DNA of 63,413 nt, filler included, from Aduncisulcus paluster (lineage: Eukaryota): the NCBI GenBank assembly GCA_024181965.1. It is 35 parts of 35 records of this genome, joined end to end, with 100 filler letters (N's around TTAATTAATTAA, not from the genome) between each part and the next. Parts side by side here need not be neighbours in the genome. Positions count along the whole stretch, not along the records: positions 36,838 to 40,647 come from BQXS01000598.1; positions 40,748 to 42,060 come from BQXS01000603.1; positions 42,161 to 43,491 come from BQXS01000605.1; positions 43,592 to 45,032 come from BQXS01000606.1; positions 45,133 to 46,376 come from BQXS01000607.1; positions 46,477 to 49,167 come from BQXS01000608.1; 29 more parts are not named here. The stretch is one strand, 5' to 3'. The notes under the pieces are model-generated. The model worked only from the letters and a program-made list of their open reading frames with translations. It did not search any database and was not told the DNA's origin. Each line of letters starts with the position of its first letter. Within the stretch, counting starts at the first letter, position 1. Shown piece after piece: positions 36,912-49,267 of this stretch. Both the position numbers and the translations under genes were made by a program.

Positions 36912-38375
36912 TTGTATTCATTCCTCATACACACCATTCCATTTGTTTTAGGGACTGTATTCCATGCGTATTGTGGCTCATGGACTCTCATTTTCCCTCT
37001 AATCTTCCTCTCTCTCGGATTTCTACTTGGAATAGTTGATATCTTTCTATCTCTGTGTGATTTTACAATTGGAGTTTCACCGCTTCGAATTGCTTCAACC
37101 TTTACTTGGCTTATCTTCAATATCTTGTCTTCTTGCATCGTTGCCCAACTTTTTGATCTAGCATACAATCAAGGGAAAGAGCATTATGGATTTGTCTGGA
37201 TGTTATTTGCGAAAATACCCTTGTTTTCACTCTTTGGATTCTTTTATTCGATCAGAGCATTCCATATGAGGAGAAATATGTCCGAGGGAAAGTATAATAT
37301 TGTATCGTTTGTTATGTTCTTTGTATTTCTCTTTATGATGATTGGTATGGACATCATGGCATGGATATTTGGACCATTGGGATTCAGTGCTGTTTCAGGT
37401 TTTGTAAAATTTGAGTTTTATTGTGTTATGATAACTTCATTTCTCTTGGATATTGTCATTCCTGTGGTGGGATTTATTGGATGGTTTTATCAAACGGAAG
37501 GTTTAGGTGACCGTTTGTATGACATGTTTCAACTCTCAAAAGAACCTTTGTGGAGGGCTATATCGCTTGTCCGAGTTCTTGAGGATGAACCTTTGGAATA
37601 TTTTGCATTCTTGATAATTATGGGTCTCGGATCGATCGTTATTCTTGTTTCATCCTTTATGTTGTGGATTATTGCTATCCTTGTTTTATTGTTCGTGATT
37701 TTAGCTGTCCAAGAACTTTTACAGGGTGTTGAAAACGTCTTTGATGCAATTGACAGTGAATATTAATTCTTGCTCAGTGTGTGTTATCGAATAATCCATT
37801 GGGTCAAGCAGATTCATTCACAATATAAACGGTGTACGAGAAGTCAAGACTGGCTCTATTGGGTGTACACAGAGGGTGTTAGATTGTGGATAGATGTTGG
37901 CCTGATACCAACAGTTGAGTCAAGATCTAAAACATTATTCCTCGAGCTAAAAGATGTTCCAATAACGTTGAGGCATGTTGTGGATGGGATAGTCCTCTGT
38001 GGTGGAGCTATTCTGTCTGTCGTATTCCAAATTGCCCTCATGTCTACTGTGGATATTGTGCCAATGGTATCGATGGTAAAATGGACACAGCAGTTGATAC
38101 CTCAAATAGAATTTATCCCACCGAGCTCTGTTATCATTTCTGCCCTGCTGTATGAATTCTTCTCGTTAAACCATTTCTCCTTGTGTGCCCAATCTTGTGG
38201 AGTTTTCCTTGAATATTCTTCAAGCTCTGAACTTATAAACGTGTTTTGTTCTTCAATTCCTGGCTATCATTGGAGACAATTTATTGGGAAAATGTTCTAT
38301 TCAAACTTATATTCATCAGAAAAACACAAATTTATTGTTTTACCGAAGAAACGTTCTGAGAAAGGTGAATGCTAA
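36912..38375 (+). CDS. Polytopic membrane protein frame interrupted by a single in-frame TAA (37764-37766)
   Basis: ORFs 36912-37766 and 37770-38375 are in the same frame; many TM segments. Confidence 0.55.
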
Positions 38376-39061
38376 AGAGAACAAACGAGGAAATCCGAGT
38401 TGAGAATAATAATACCCTGCATTGAATGGATAACATGATGCACCCAATGGGAAAATAAGTCCATAGCAACATGATGATTTATATGTTGTGATAGTGAAGG
38501 TGACACGAAGCAAAGAGAAATAATAGAAAAAAAAAATTGTCAGTTTATAGAGCGACTTTGGACTGCTGATTTCTTGTATTTGAAGTCGAACAGATAAACC
38601 AAAAATAAAAACAGATGAATTCTGAACAGAAATACCAGACCTCTAAAAAAATATAAATATAAATGAATTGTTTGGCATTAGATTCAATTGATAGAAACCT
38701 AAAGTCAAAGAAAACAGACAAGAAAATGGAAGATACAATTATTAATAAGAAAAGCAGGCTGAATATGGAAAATTTCTCATTACTGACAGAAGTTGAATCT
38801 GATAACATCGAGAACCTGATGAGAAAAGCCTTTAAAATCAATGTATAATGTAACAATAGCATACCTTTTGTGACACATAAGTTATAATAATATGAGTTCT
38901 GGTGGGATACTCTGGAGAAATAGAAAACATAAAAACTTTTAAAAAAAATCAACATAAAATAAGTAGTAAGGATCTAAAAGATCGAAATAATTTGAAAATA
39001 AATAACTTTGATGATAAGAAATAAATAATAATAGAAAAACGGATCAAACAACTGAAAGATC

Positions 39062-40647
39062 TCATAGCACAACAACAGCACGACATGATCCATCACAGCA
39101 TGAGATAAATTTTTCCTCAACTGATGAAAATACGAGGTAACATCCTTGTTCAGCTGTCTTAGATTGGTATTTAGATAAAACAAGATCAGAAGTATAAAGT
39201 TGGGATGAAAAGGATGTATTGTTCTTTTCACCAGAAAAATTATCCACAACAAACCGAACTAACCCAAATTCATTCAGTCCACTCTCTTGAATCTTATCAT
39301 AATCCAAAGTAATGGGACCGAACATATTACTGAGAAAATCGATGCTATTTTCGTCATCTCCAAGATCAAGTTCGGACACGGCATTACTCTCCTGGGCAAG
39401 AGGTCTCCATAATATTCCGACGCAGAGATATATTGTATCATCGAAAAGAATGATTGACCCATTGACATCCATTGTGCATTCATAAGGGAGTGCAGAAACA
39501 CTTGAAAGACAGACCGAAGAGGAAATATGATCGTGGGGAATATTAATGAAGGATTTTCTACCGAGAGGATTTGATGAATCCGATAGAGGAGAGTTGTGGG
39601 ATGCAATGATAGATTTGGTTGAAAATAAAGAAGACAAGGAAGATGAAGTGACACTGGAACTATTTGAAACAACACTTACATTCGGCGTATAATATTCAAT
39701 CGAATCCACTAACACATCACTCTCAACAACAACATGGGTGCAGAATGATCCAATACACTGAACAAGATAATGTTCAAGGTCAGTGCAACCAGTCGACATT
39801 TCCTGTTCCTCACAAGAAACTGGCTCACGAGAGAAAGTGTGGAAACCATTGCATAAAGTTGATGATGAGGATGATTGCAATGCAGCGACTTCATTAGTTC
39901 CTTTGGGAATAATAAATAATGAACCCTGGACAATATATTGACCAATGACAAAAGGATCAAAGTCAAGAGAGGAATTTGGACGGTGATTTACATGAAGATC
40001 AGAAATATTATCACCTGTCTCGACCAAAACTCGTTTCCCATCAAAGATAGTCACGCAATCACTTCCACAGATATCAACGGAACAATCATCACCATCCCAA
40101 CCTGAAATGCATTCACATATCAAAGATCCACTCTCTTGAAGGATACATTCACCCCGTTCTCCACAATCACAAGATGCTTCAGAACACGATGGTCCAATCC
40201 ATCCCTCATGGCACAAGCAGACTCGCTCACCTGTATCAGAATCAGTTTCACACATTGACCCATGATTTGAATCACATGTACAGATATCAATTTCACAAAA
40301 TAGCCCATACCAACCCTCATTACAAATACACTCGCTAGCTCCTGTACTAATATTAGTTGTCAAGCAAGTTCCATGATTCACAGAGCATAATGAAGCAGGA
40401 TCCACTCCACAATCGCCATTCACAACTTCACAATAAGAATAGACATCCCATCCGGGATCACACTCACAATAGTTTTCATAACTCTCTGAATCTTGAACAC
40501 ACACTCCATTGCCATAACAGGATGTCTCTCCTGAATTGGCAGCTCCACAGCCTTCTTCAGAACAAGTCGGACCGTTCCAACCAAGATTGCATTCACATTG
40601 GTGTAATGTGTAAGTAATTCGAATACATTCTCCATGATCATTGGAGC
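39062..40647 (-). CDS. EGF-repeat (tenascin-like) protein, 5'-partial
   Basis: Multiple CxCxxGWxGxxC repeats. Confidence 0.85.
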
Positions 40648-40974
40648 NNNNNNNNNNNNNNNNNNNNNNNNNNNNNNNNNNNNNNNNNNNNTTAATTAAT
40701 TAANNNNNNNNNNNNNNNNNNNNNNNNNNNNNNNNNNNNNNNNNNNNGGCACAAAAAGGTTAATAAGCAAACAGACGATATTTCTGAGTAATTATCCCAG
40801 TAATAATTCCCCAGAAGGAGAGGGGGGAAGAGTTTGAGGGTATTTGCTTAATCTAAGGTAAAAGATCAAGGGAAAAGGAATAATATAATGGCTAGAAAGG
40901 GAACCAGAGGGAATTACACGGTTCTAAGGCAGCGCTAAGGAAGTTAACCAAAAACAAGGATTTTGGTAAAAATA

Positions 40975-41056
40975 TGAGAAAGTTGGGATTCGAACCCACG
41001 CGCTTAAATTGGCAAAGGAGGCATGACCGGAGTCATACCCGCTGAGCCATCGAGCT
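40975..41056 (-). pseudogene. tRNA-like cassette (A box + B box/T arm; acceptor stem unpaired)
   Basis: TGGCTCAGCGG ... GTGGGTTCGAATCCCA. Confidence 0.7.
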
Positions 41057-41183
41057 GTTATAAGAAAAGAAAGAAAATAATAATAATAATAAGGAATCTA
41101 GAATTTGAGGAATTGTATTATACCTACGAATAAGGTTTGATTAAAAGAAGGATTGAGCGGGTAGTCCAGTTCTAGGGGGGAAG

Positions 41184-41266
41184 TGTGAAGTTCTCAATGA
41201 TCTATTTATAGAACTGACCCACTCCGATCACATTTATTCAATAAATTGCTAACGTCATACACGGCA
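41184..41266 (+). mobile_element. 83-bp LTR preceded by PPT (41174-41183) and followed by gag
   Basis: AGGGGGGAAG|TGTGAAG...TATTTATA...AATAAATTG...GGCA|ttggacatcATG. Confidence 0.65.
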
Positions 41267-41275
41267 TTGGACATC

Positions 41276-42060
41276 ATGTCAAAAGCAATTCTTAGGCTAA
41301 CGAACAAAGTGGAGTTATTAGAAGCTCGAACTTACACTGAATCAAAAAATTCACTGGAGACGTCCAGTGATACTGCTTCACCTGGTAAATTCGTAAAATT
41401 TCCTATTTTTAAAACTGAGAAAGAAAAAATGTCCATTTCCACTCATCCCCATGAACCCATTTTCGGTGAGAAAAAATTTATCAGCGACACCGAGACTCGA
41501 ACCCAGGCCCCTGCCGCAGCAAACCCTGTAAGTGACCCATTAGATTTCGCTGATCCTCACGAGCAAAAGAAACTTCCCCCACCCGTATGTGGAACTCTAC
41601 CGAGGTATCCATCACCCCTAAAGACCCATCATGCCCTAGCATCAGATGAATTTCTCACAGAGGCATTCGCAAGCCCACTAACAAGAACAGGTCTTGAACG
41701 AAAGCAGATGACACCTGCAATGTTCGATGCAAGAACACACACTCTTCACTCACCCGCAGTTATCTCGGAAGTGGGCAAACCACCGATCCTAGAAGTATTA
41801 AGTTTCAAGGCTTTTGAGACCTTTATCTCCAGATACAAAGCATACGAGAGCAGAGGGGGAACTCGCCCCATTCACGCTTGCATACCTGATTGCGTCGCCA
41901 GAACTGTTATCGCGTACCATCCAGACTCTTCTAAGGATGTCTTTACCCTTGTCAAAGAGGAAGTCGCCCCAAAGACCTTAGAGGAATTCGTCGCACGTTT
42001 GAGCACGTACAAGTTATACTATGACAATACGATGACATCAATGCACAAGTACAATATCAA
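41276..42060 (+). mobile_element. Gypsy gag (3'-partial) with N-terminal extension
   Basis: PILEVLSFKAFETFISRYKAYESRGGTRPIHACI homologous to the other gags. Confidence 0.7.
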
Positions 42061-42160
42061 NNNNNNNNNNNNNNNNNNNNNNNNNNNNNNNNNNNNNNNN
42101 NNNNTTAATTAATTAANNNNNNNNNNNNNNNNNNNNNNNNNNNNNNNNNNNNNNNNNNNN

Positions 42161-43491
42161 AGGAGTTGAGCTAAGACCACAGCTATTGAATTCATAAAGA
42201 ACATCCTGTGTGATCTCACCAACCCATGAAGCCAACTCAATGTCTTCAGCCATCATTCCACATCCACCTGCACCACATGTACACTGATTGAACGTACATG
42301 GAGAGGCAGCAGTCTGGAGATCGACAATTAAGTACTCGGTGTACAAACCACCGGCATATTGAACGGCAGAACAGTTCTTGAATTCGGTACCAGAGAGATC
42401 AAGCTGGGTGTAAGAAGAGGAAAAGACACCCTTGGGTTTGGTGAGGTACACAGCACCACCACTTCCACCACTGGAACAGTTAGTAAAGGAACATCCAGAA
42501 ATATTGACGAAAGGAACAGTAAGGTATATGGATCCACCATCACTGCCAGCAGAAGATCCAGAGAACTCAGCATCAAGGATCATGTAATCTGGATTCATGA
42601 GAAGACTCATGGTCAAGGTGAAGTGGAAATCACCTCCCTTACCACCGGCACTGTTGTGATCAAACTGACCAGCAATCACCTCGAAGGCAGTCACTCCATC
42701 AGTATCGAGACATCCACCATTACCACCGGCACTGTTGTTGTCAAAAGTTACCTCTTGGAGGATCACTTCTTCACAGTCGGAGGATAACACACCTCCATTT
42801 CCATCAGCATGGTTGGCAGTGGCATAGACCTCATAGAATACAAACTCAGTGTACTCGGTAACATACAGAGCACCACCATCCCCACTAGCACTGTTACGGC
42901 TGAAGGTGAGACCTTCAAGAGTAATTTGCTGTTGGTTTCCAGAGCTAGCTTCTCCAGAGATGTAAATGGCACCTCCATTTCCAGCAGAAGCAGTATTGTT
43001 GGTGAAATAGCCATTGTCGAGAGTAAAGTTCTCAGCACCAACAGTCTGTTCATTGACATACATACATCCACCATTTCCAGCAGCAGTGTTGCCATCACAG
43101 GTTACATTGACAAACTTGGGCTTGGCGACATCTTGCAAGTACAAGGCACCACCATCACCACCGGTACACTCGTTATCCTCAAAAGCACTGTAAGTAAATG
43201 TGATGGATCCAGCGTTTTCAAGGTGGAAGACAGCTCCAGAACCAACGGATGTACAGTTGCTGAACTCACCATATTCAAGAGCGATAGACTCTTCCCCAGT
43301 TCCAATAACACATGCAACAGCACCACCAGGACAGTCTCCAGAGTCAGCTGTCTTCACAATGTTCGTGTAGCCACCAAAGTAAGACTTGAACTGGGTACAT
43401 TCGAACATGGAATGGGATCCAAGCGTGATGTTAGAGAATTCATTCATAGCAATGTTTCCGAAAACAGTGGCACTGAACAAAGGAGTGTCTG
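42161..43491 (-). CDS. Pmp-like (GGA[ILV]/FxxN) beta-helix repeat protein fragment
   Basis: Repeated FxxNxAxxxGGA[LIV]Y motifs. Confidence 0.85.
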
Positions 43492-43591
43492 NNNNNNNNN
43501 NNNNNNNNNNNNNNNNNNNNNNNNNNNNNNNNNNNTTAATTAATTAANNNNNNNNNNNNNNNNNNNNNNNNNNNNNNNNNNNNNNNNNNNN

Positions 43592-44714
43592 TGGGCATTA
43601 CGTAGGCTGAGAAGGCAAAGCACAAAGCTTTCCTCCCCGGTAACTCAGGAAACTCTGCCTTAAGTTTAACTTTCTTTTGCAGGTCCAAATTCGAACCATC
43701 CGCCAATTCCAATGATATTGGCACCGAACTACTCCTGATAGACTGATTTTGCTGCAATCTATCAACCACCTTAAAACTAATAAAATTTTCTTCAGCTCCG
43801 GTATCCAAAAGAGTTTGTACAGAATGTTTAGCCTTATAATTATCACACCATAGGAACGTTGACAAACAAGGAGAAGCTGCTTTACTAGGGAGAGAAACAG
43901 CCTTAGCGGATCTTCGTTTATCCGTTCCATTTGGACAGTCTCGGGCATAGTGTCCCATTTCATGACACTTATAACATTCTACATCCTCGATTCGAATTGT
44001 GGGTCTTGAAGTTACGTGAGGCCCCATCTTCTTCCTGTCTTTCATGAAAGAACGCTTTCTTCCATCAGAGTTGGTCCCCTTGAACGAGGATAATTCACGA
44101 CGTGAATCATGTTTGTGGAACTTCTTACTTGTTGATTGAGAGTAACCCTGATATTGGGCTGCGTCCTCGCGAGACTCCTTGACGATTTGAAGTTGACTGA
44201 AGACCACTTTAGTGAGATTAGCCAAAGAACGCTTCTCCTTCTGAAGGGCAGCTTCCATACGCGTTTTAAACGCTTGATGTTCAATTCCTTTGAGAAAATA
44301 CTTGCCAATCGTCTCCTCAGTGAGAATTTCGTCTTTGTCTAGGCGACGGATTGTGGATCGGTACCGCTTCACATAAGCTGCGATTGCATCCTCGGTTACT
44401 CGTGTAAGCTTTGTCTTTGACAAAATGTTGAGAACATCGAGAGCAGAATAATGACCAAAGTAAAGATCCACGGCGTTCAAGAAGTCCTCTTCGCTTGATT
44501 TCACCAAATCATCAGATTCAAGATCGGCCGGGTTAGGAAGCTCATTTTCGGTTACATCCTCATAAATAGCACGTGTGTCCGGATTGATTAACGCAAACAA
44601 GGGCGTCTTCCCTCCCAGGGCACGATAACTTTCAAAGGACTGCTGGAATGCAGTAAAATACTTCTGCCCGAACTTAGACAGTAACGGTCTTTCTTTGTCG
44701 ATTAGTCTTTCCAT
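43592..44714 (-). mobile_element. Gypsy gag-protease (single ORF, 3'-partial)
   Basis: CYKCHEMGHYARDC knuckle; LLDTGAEENFIS protease. Confidence 0.92.
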
Positions 44715-44737
44715 AAAACGACGTAATTGATCAATTA

Positions 44738-44785
44738 TGATGTGTTCTTAGGAAACGGAACAAATTTACTCAATAAAGAAAAACA
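44738..44785 (-). mobile_element. Putative 48-bp 5' LTR (TGTTTT...ACATCA)
   Basis: Contains AGTAAAT; followed by a 14-bp palindrome, 9 nt, then the gag ATG. Confidence 0.6.
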
Positions 44786-45162
44786 CCGGTTGATGTCTAA
44801 AAATAGAATCTCTGAGAATGATACCTTGGGATCATAACACTAGCACGATCAACAACAGTAAATCCAGGTCCTTCCAATCTCCAATTCAATATAGTCAGCA
44901 CTTCAGTAGTCATAAGATTAGCGATAGGTGGTATCATAATATCAGGATACGTCTCAATAATAGAGATAAGTTGATTACAAAAAGCAAGAGCGGCATCTTT
45001 ATCAGCAGATTTCAATTTCACAACATAAACACNNNNNNNNNNNNNNNNNNNNNNNNNNNNNNNNNNNNNNNNNNNNTTAATTAATTAANNNNNNNNNNNN
45101 NNNNNNNNNNNNNNNNNNNNNNNNNNNNNNNNCATAGAATATTGTGGTAATCGCAATAAAAA

Positions 45163-45374
45163 TGATTTGGTGTGGTTCACAATTTACTTCTTTTATACCA
45201 TTCCTATGACAAGCCTTGTCAACCAACCTGTGACAACTGTTGCCTGTCAACTTTACAATAAAGCGACCGTGTGGGACTTGAACCCACAACCATGGCATTG
45301 TTAGTACAACGCCATAACGTCTCGTCCATGAATGCACATTTGTACATTTTATGGTAATAATACACATCACAACA
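45163..45374 (-). mobile_element. ~212-bp 3' LTR containing a tRNA-like cassette, TATAAAA and AGTAAAT; PPT at 45375-45392
   Basis: aaaggagaaagggaagga|TGTTGTG...; right end at ...AAATCA inferred from spacing after AGTAAAT. Confidence 0.65.
45263..45335 (-). pseudogene. tRNA-derived sequence (Ile/Val-like, CT-AAC-AA) inside the LTR
   Basis: Perfect T arm GTGGG-TTCAAGT-CCCAC; acceptor and D arms do not pair. Confidence 0.7.
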
Positions 45375-46179
45375 TCCTTCCCTTTCTCCTTTGAGCTTAT
45401 AAATCATGTTCAAGGAAGAATATTATCAAACAAATAAACAAAACTTAACTTATATAACATAATAAAGATATTATATCTAATATATACGATAATATCATGT
45501 TATTGCAATGGATCTCTCTGACCGGCAAACTAAAGTCGTTTTAGCTCATTCAATTAATATTATATCTAGAGGTATCACATACCTACTCATGGCTATAATA
45601 TGAGCTTCTTTCAAGAAACTTTCAAAACAAACTTTTCCAACAACTTGAACCAAGTCATATCTTTCGATCCATTAATAATTAAATAAACCCAATATTTTTT
45701 GCATAAGGTTCAGTTACCTAGCATAAATAATTCACAATAACATTTCTAAACATTTCACAATTGCAATCAAAACCAAGGTTTTGAATCCAGACCATCATGG
45801 GTCAAAAATCCTTTTCAGGAAATATAAATATTATTTTTCACAAGCCCTATAATAAGGCTTCTTCATTTCATATACAATTCTTCATTCTAAGGCTTCTAAG
45901 CCGACAACTTTCTTGAGCCAAAAATCTGCTCACGGACGTAGACCTTAAGTCTACCTAATTCTACTAGAATTAACTAGTAGTTGGTCGCCTCTCATTCTCC
46001 ATTAACAAGCTCTTTAATACTACCGTCATCTTTTCCTTCTTTGATTGTTCAGGAAGGAACAACTTCCCTACCTTTTTCCTTGAAAAAGAAGACCAAGTTT
46101 TTCAAAATAAAACAATTAAAATTAAAACAAAATCACTAAAATACTAACAAAAACCTCTTCTAACATGAAATATTCATCT

Positions 46180-46376
46180 TCATTTCCGTATTTCATGTTC
46201 CAAATTGTACTTCTGTACTGCTGACTTGACATCAGGATTCGCTTCCAAGAATACTTTAAAAGCTTCTAAATCTTTTAAGGTATCGGGATATTCCCATGAC
46301 GAATCTTCAGTTGGCCACCCAAACCACTTCACTAAGAATTTGGGGTCACCTTCCTCATCCGTCTGGTATTTCAATA
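46180..46376 (-). mobile_element. Integrase-terminal chromodomain
   Basis: KFLVKWFGWPTEDSSWE. Confidence 0.85.
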
Positions 46377-46476
46377 NNNNNNNNNNNNNNNNNNNNNNNN
46401 NNNNNNNNNNNNNNNNNNNNTTAATTAATTAANNNNNNNNNNNNNNNNNNNNNNNNNNNNNNNNNNNNNNNNNNNN

Positions 46477-49167
46477 GGACTACCCTTGTGGAACCAAGCC
46501 TGTTAAAAACCTTGCGATTAACGGCTAGGATTGGCGAGGAAGCGACCCCGGAAGAGTTGCATGAAGCACTGAACAAGAAGTTTGCCGCGTCCACGACCCA
46601 GGCTTATTATGACCAATTAAAAGAAATGAAACTTGAGGTTCTGACTCCGACCGCTCTGGTGAAGTACACTGCCGACTTCCAGGAGATTGTGGACCGTCAT
46701 CCAGACTTTGGTGATGATGAGCATGTGGCTGCGATGTTTTTACGAGGATTAAAGATTCCCCGTCTTTCGGAGCGGACTCGATCTGAAGTTGACACGGCTG
46801 GGAAGAAGAGTGACCTCGAATTCGTAATTCAACAAACATTCACTGAACTGGAAGAAATGGTTGCCATAAAAGACGAGGTTCTCAAATATTCCAAGTCTTT
46901 CGGATTAAGCGTCCGTCAATTCAAACCCTCCTGGACTGGAGGCAAGCGTAGACGTGCCGAGGAACCCCTAGATAGGAAACCGATTAGATGCCATCGATGT
47001 GGCAAACTTGGGCACAAGGCTGCAAATTGTAGAAGCTTACCCGACAAACCTTCACAATCCACTAAAACAACATCAAACGAAAAGAGACATTCCTTCACCA
47101 AGTCAACAGGGAATAAAAACTTTTCGGTCTATCTGGCGTTATGCTTAAACGAATTTTAGAAAGGTTTTGACACCCCTGGACTGGTAGACACTGGTTCTGA
47201 GCTCAACATAATGAGTCGGGAACTGTGGGAAATGTTGGATCCAAAAGGTAAGATAGAAAAAGAGATAACAGATATTATTTTGGAACTCGCCGATGGATCA
47301 ACTCGGAAAGTATCCGAGAGAGTTAGGATACTGGTGAAAATGGTTGGAGCGATGGATAAGCAAATTGAATTCTGGGCAGATTTCATTTTGCTAGACATTA
47401 AATCAGAAGCCAGACATAAAGTAATAATTGGTTCGGAAACTGCTTCAAATGTTGGTTTGATAGACCTGACATTACCAATTAAGACTGATAAATATATCCC
47501 GGAAGATTGGGAAGAATGTGATTTCGATAGTTGGGACAAAGGTAATCTGGAGTGCGATAAACCAGAACTCGATGACGAGATTGGGCCGATCTTACGTCAT
47601 TACGAGGAACGGGATTCCCTCAACAGAGCAGCCAGCGTCGAGCCGATGAAAATCATATTGAAACCAGAGAGTAATCCAGTTGCTCAACCACCAAGGAATT
47701 TACCTTACAAGAAGGAAAAATATGTAACTGAAGAGATTCAGGACTTGTTGGAAAAAGGCTACATAACACCGTCATGCAGCCCATGGTCCTCGCCAGTTGT
47801 GGTGGTAGGAAAGAAAGATGGTGGGTTCAGATTGTGCGTAGACTACAGATTAGTCAAGAACACATAATTGAAGATAGGTTCCACTGCCTAGAATAGATGA
47901 TGTTTGGGCAACATTGGAAGGCTCAATAATTTTCGCGGTATTGGATTTAAAGTCCGGATACCATCAGATGCCCTTGGCCGAAGAATCCAGACAGATAACA
48001 GCTTTCGTTACTCGTGACGGATTATTCGAGTTTACAAGGGTACCATTCGGTATTAAAACAGCTCCGGCGTTTTTCCAAAGAACGATGGTGTCAATACTAC
48101 ATGATTTATTATATTCAGCATGCTTGGTCTACCTAGACGATATCATTATTTTTGGCAAAACATATGATGAATTCGTGGCCAACTTGAAGAAGATTTTGAC
48201 GAGATTGTCGGAGGTGGGGCTGTCCTTGAACAGGAAGAAATGTCAGATCGGCGTGGGAGACGTCGAGTATCTGGGAATGCTTATCAACAAATATGGGAAA
48301 AAGATTTCGCCGTCAAGGTTGAGAGCGTTGAGATTAATAGATACTCCCAGGACAAAGAAAGGTATAAGAAGAATAATGGGGCGTTAAACTATATGAGGGA
48401 GTTTATTGATCACTACTCAGAAGTAACCGAACCAATATCAAGACTTCTGTCCGGACCAGAACATAATATACAATGGGGACAAGAACAAGAATCTGCTTGG
48501 GAGGAAACGCTGGACCTCCTCGAGAAAAATATCACTTTAGTACATTTTGATGACGAAGCAGAAATTTTTGTAAGGACAGATGCGTCAACTATAGGGGCTG
48601 GTGGAATGCTGGGTATGATGAAGGATGGAAAAGAATACCCGATAGCATTTTACAGCCACAAATTCACGGAAACCCAGAAGCATTGGTGTACTCTGGAACA
48701 AGAGGCTTTTGCTCTTTTCTGGGTCCTTACAAAGGCGAGGAAATATCTGTGGGGTCGAAGTTTCACGGTGGAAACTGACCATAGAAACCTCACCTTTATG
48801 CTAAAATGTGAATCAGCAAAGGTCCAAAGATGGAGGATGTCGGTGGCTGACTTCAACTTTGTCATTAAACATATTCCAGGAAAACTTAATAAGGTAGCTG
48901 ACACATTGTCAAGAGGTTTCCATAAGACCAGTATAACACCCTCGAGCTGTAAACTCAGCAGCCCAATTCAGTCAGATAATCATCAACTCAATATCTTATT
49001 GAAAATCAAAGATGCACAGGAATCAAGTTTATCGGATACAGAAAAGAAAAACTTGTTTTTGCTTGATGAATTCTGGGTGACTGCAGAAGACAAAATCTTC
49101 ATCCCAGCCAAGGAGACCAAACTGCAAGATGATCTCGCCAAGATGGCACACAGGCACCCTCTGGGGG
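46477..49167 (+). mobile_element. Degenerate Ty3/Gypsy gag-PR-RT-RNaseH (in-frame TAG at 47157, frameshifts near 47865 and 48380)
   Basis: CHRCGKLGHKAANC; LVDTGS; LDLKSGYHQ, YLDD; TDAST, ETDHRNL, HIPGKLNKVADTLSR. Confidence 0.95.
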
Positions 49168-49267
49168 NNNNNNNNNNNNNNNNNNNNNNNNNNNNNNNNN
49201 NNNNNNNNNNNTTAATTAATTAANNNNNNNNNNNNNNNNNNNNNNNNNNNNNNNNNNNNNNNNNNNN

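Noticed and set aside
37764-37766. TAA=Gln (hexamitid) genetic code suggested by an in-frame stop
   Set aside because: Long genes such as IFT172 have no in-frame TAA/TAG and several genes end in TAA/TAG; more likely a nonsense mutation or sequencing error
45263-45335. Functional tRNA genes here and at 40975-41056
   Set aside because: Acceptor and D stems do not pair; reported as tRNA-derived cassettes
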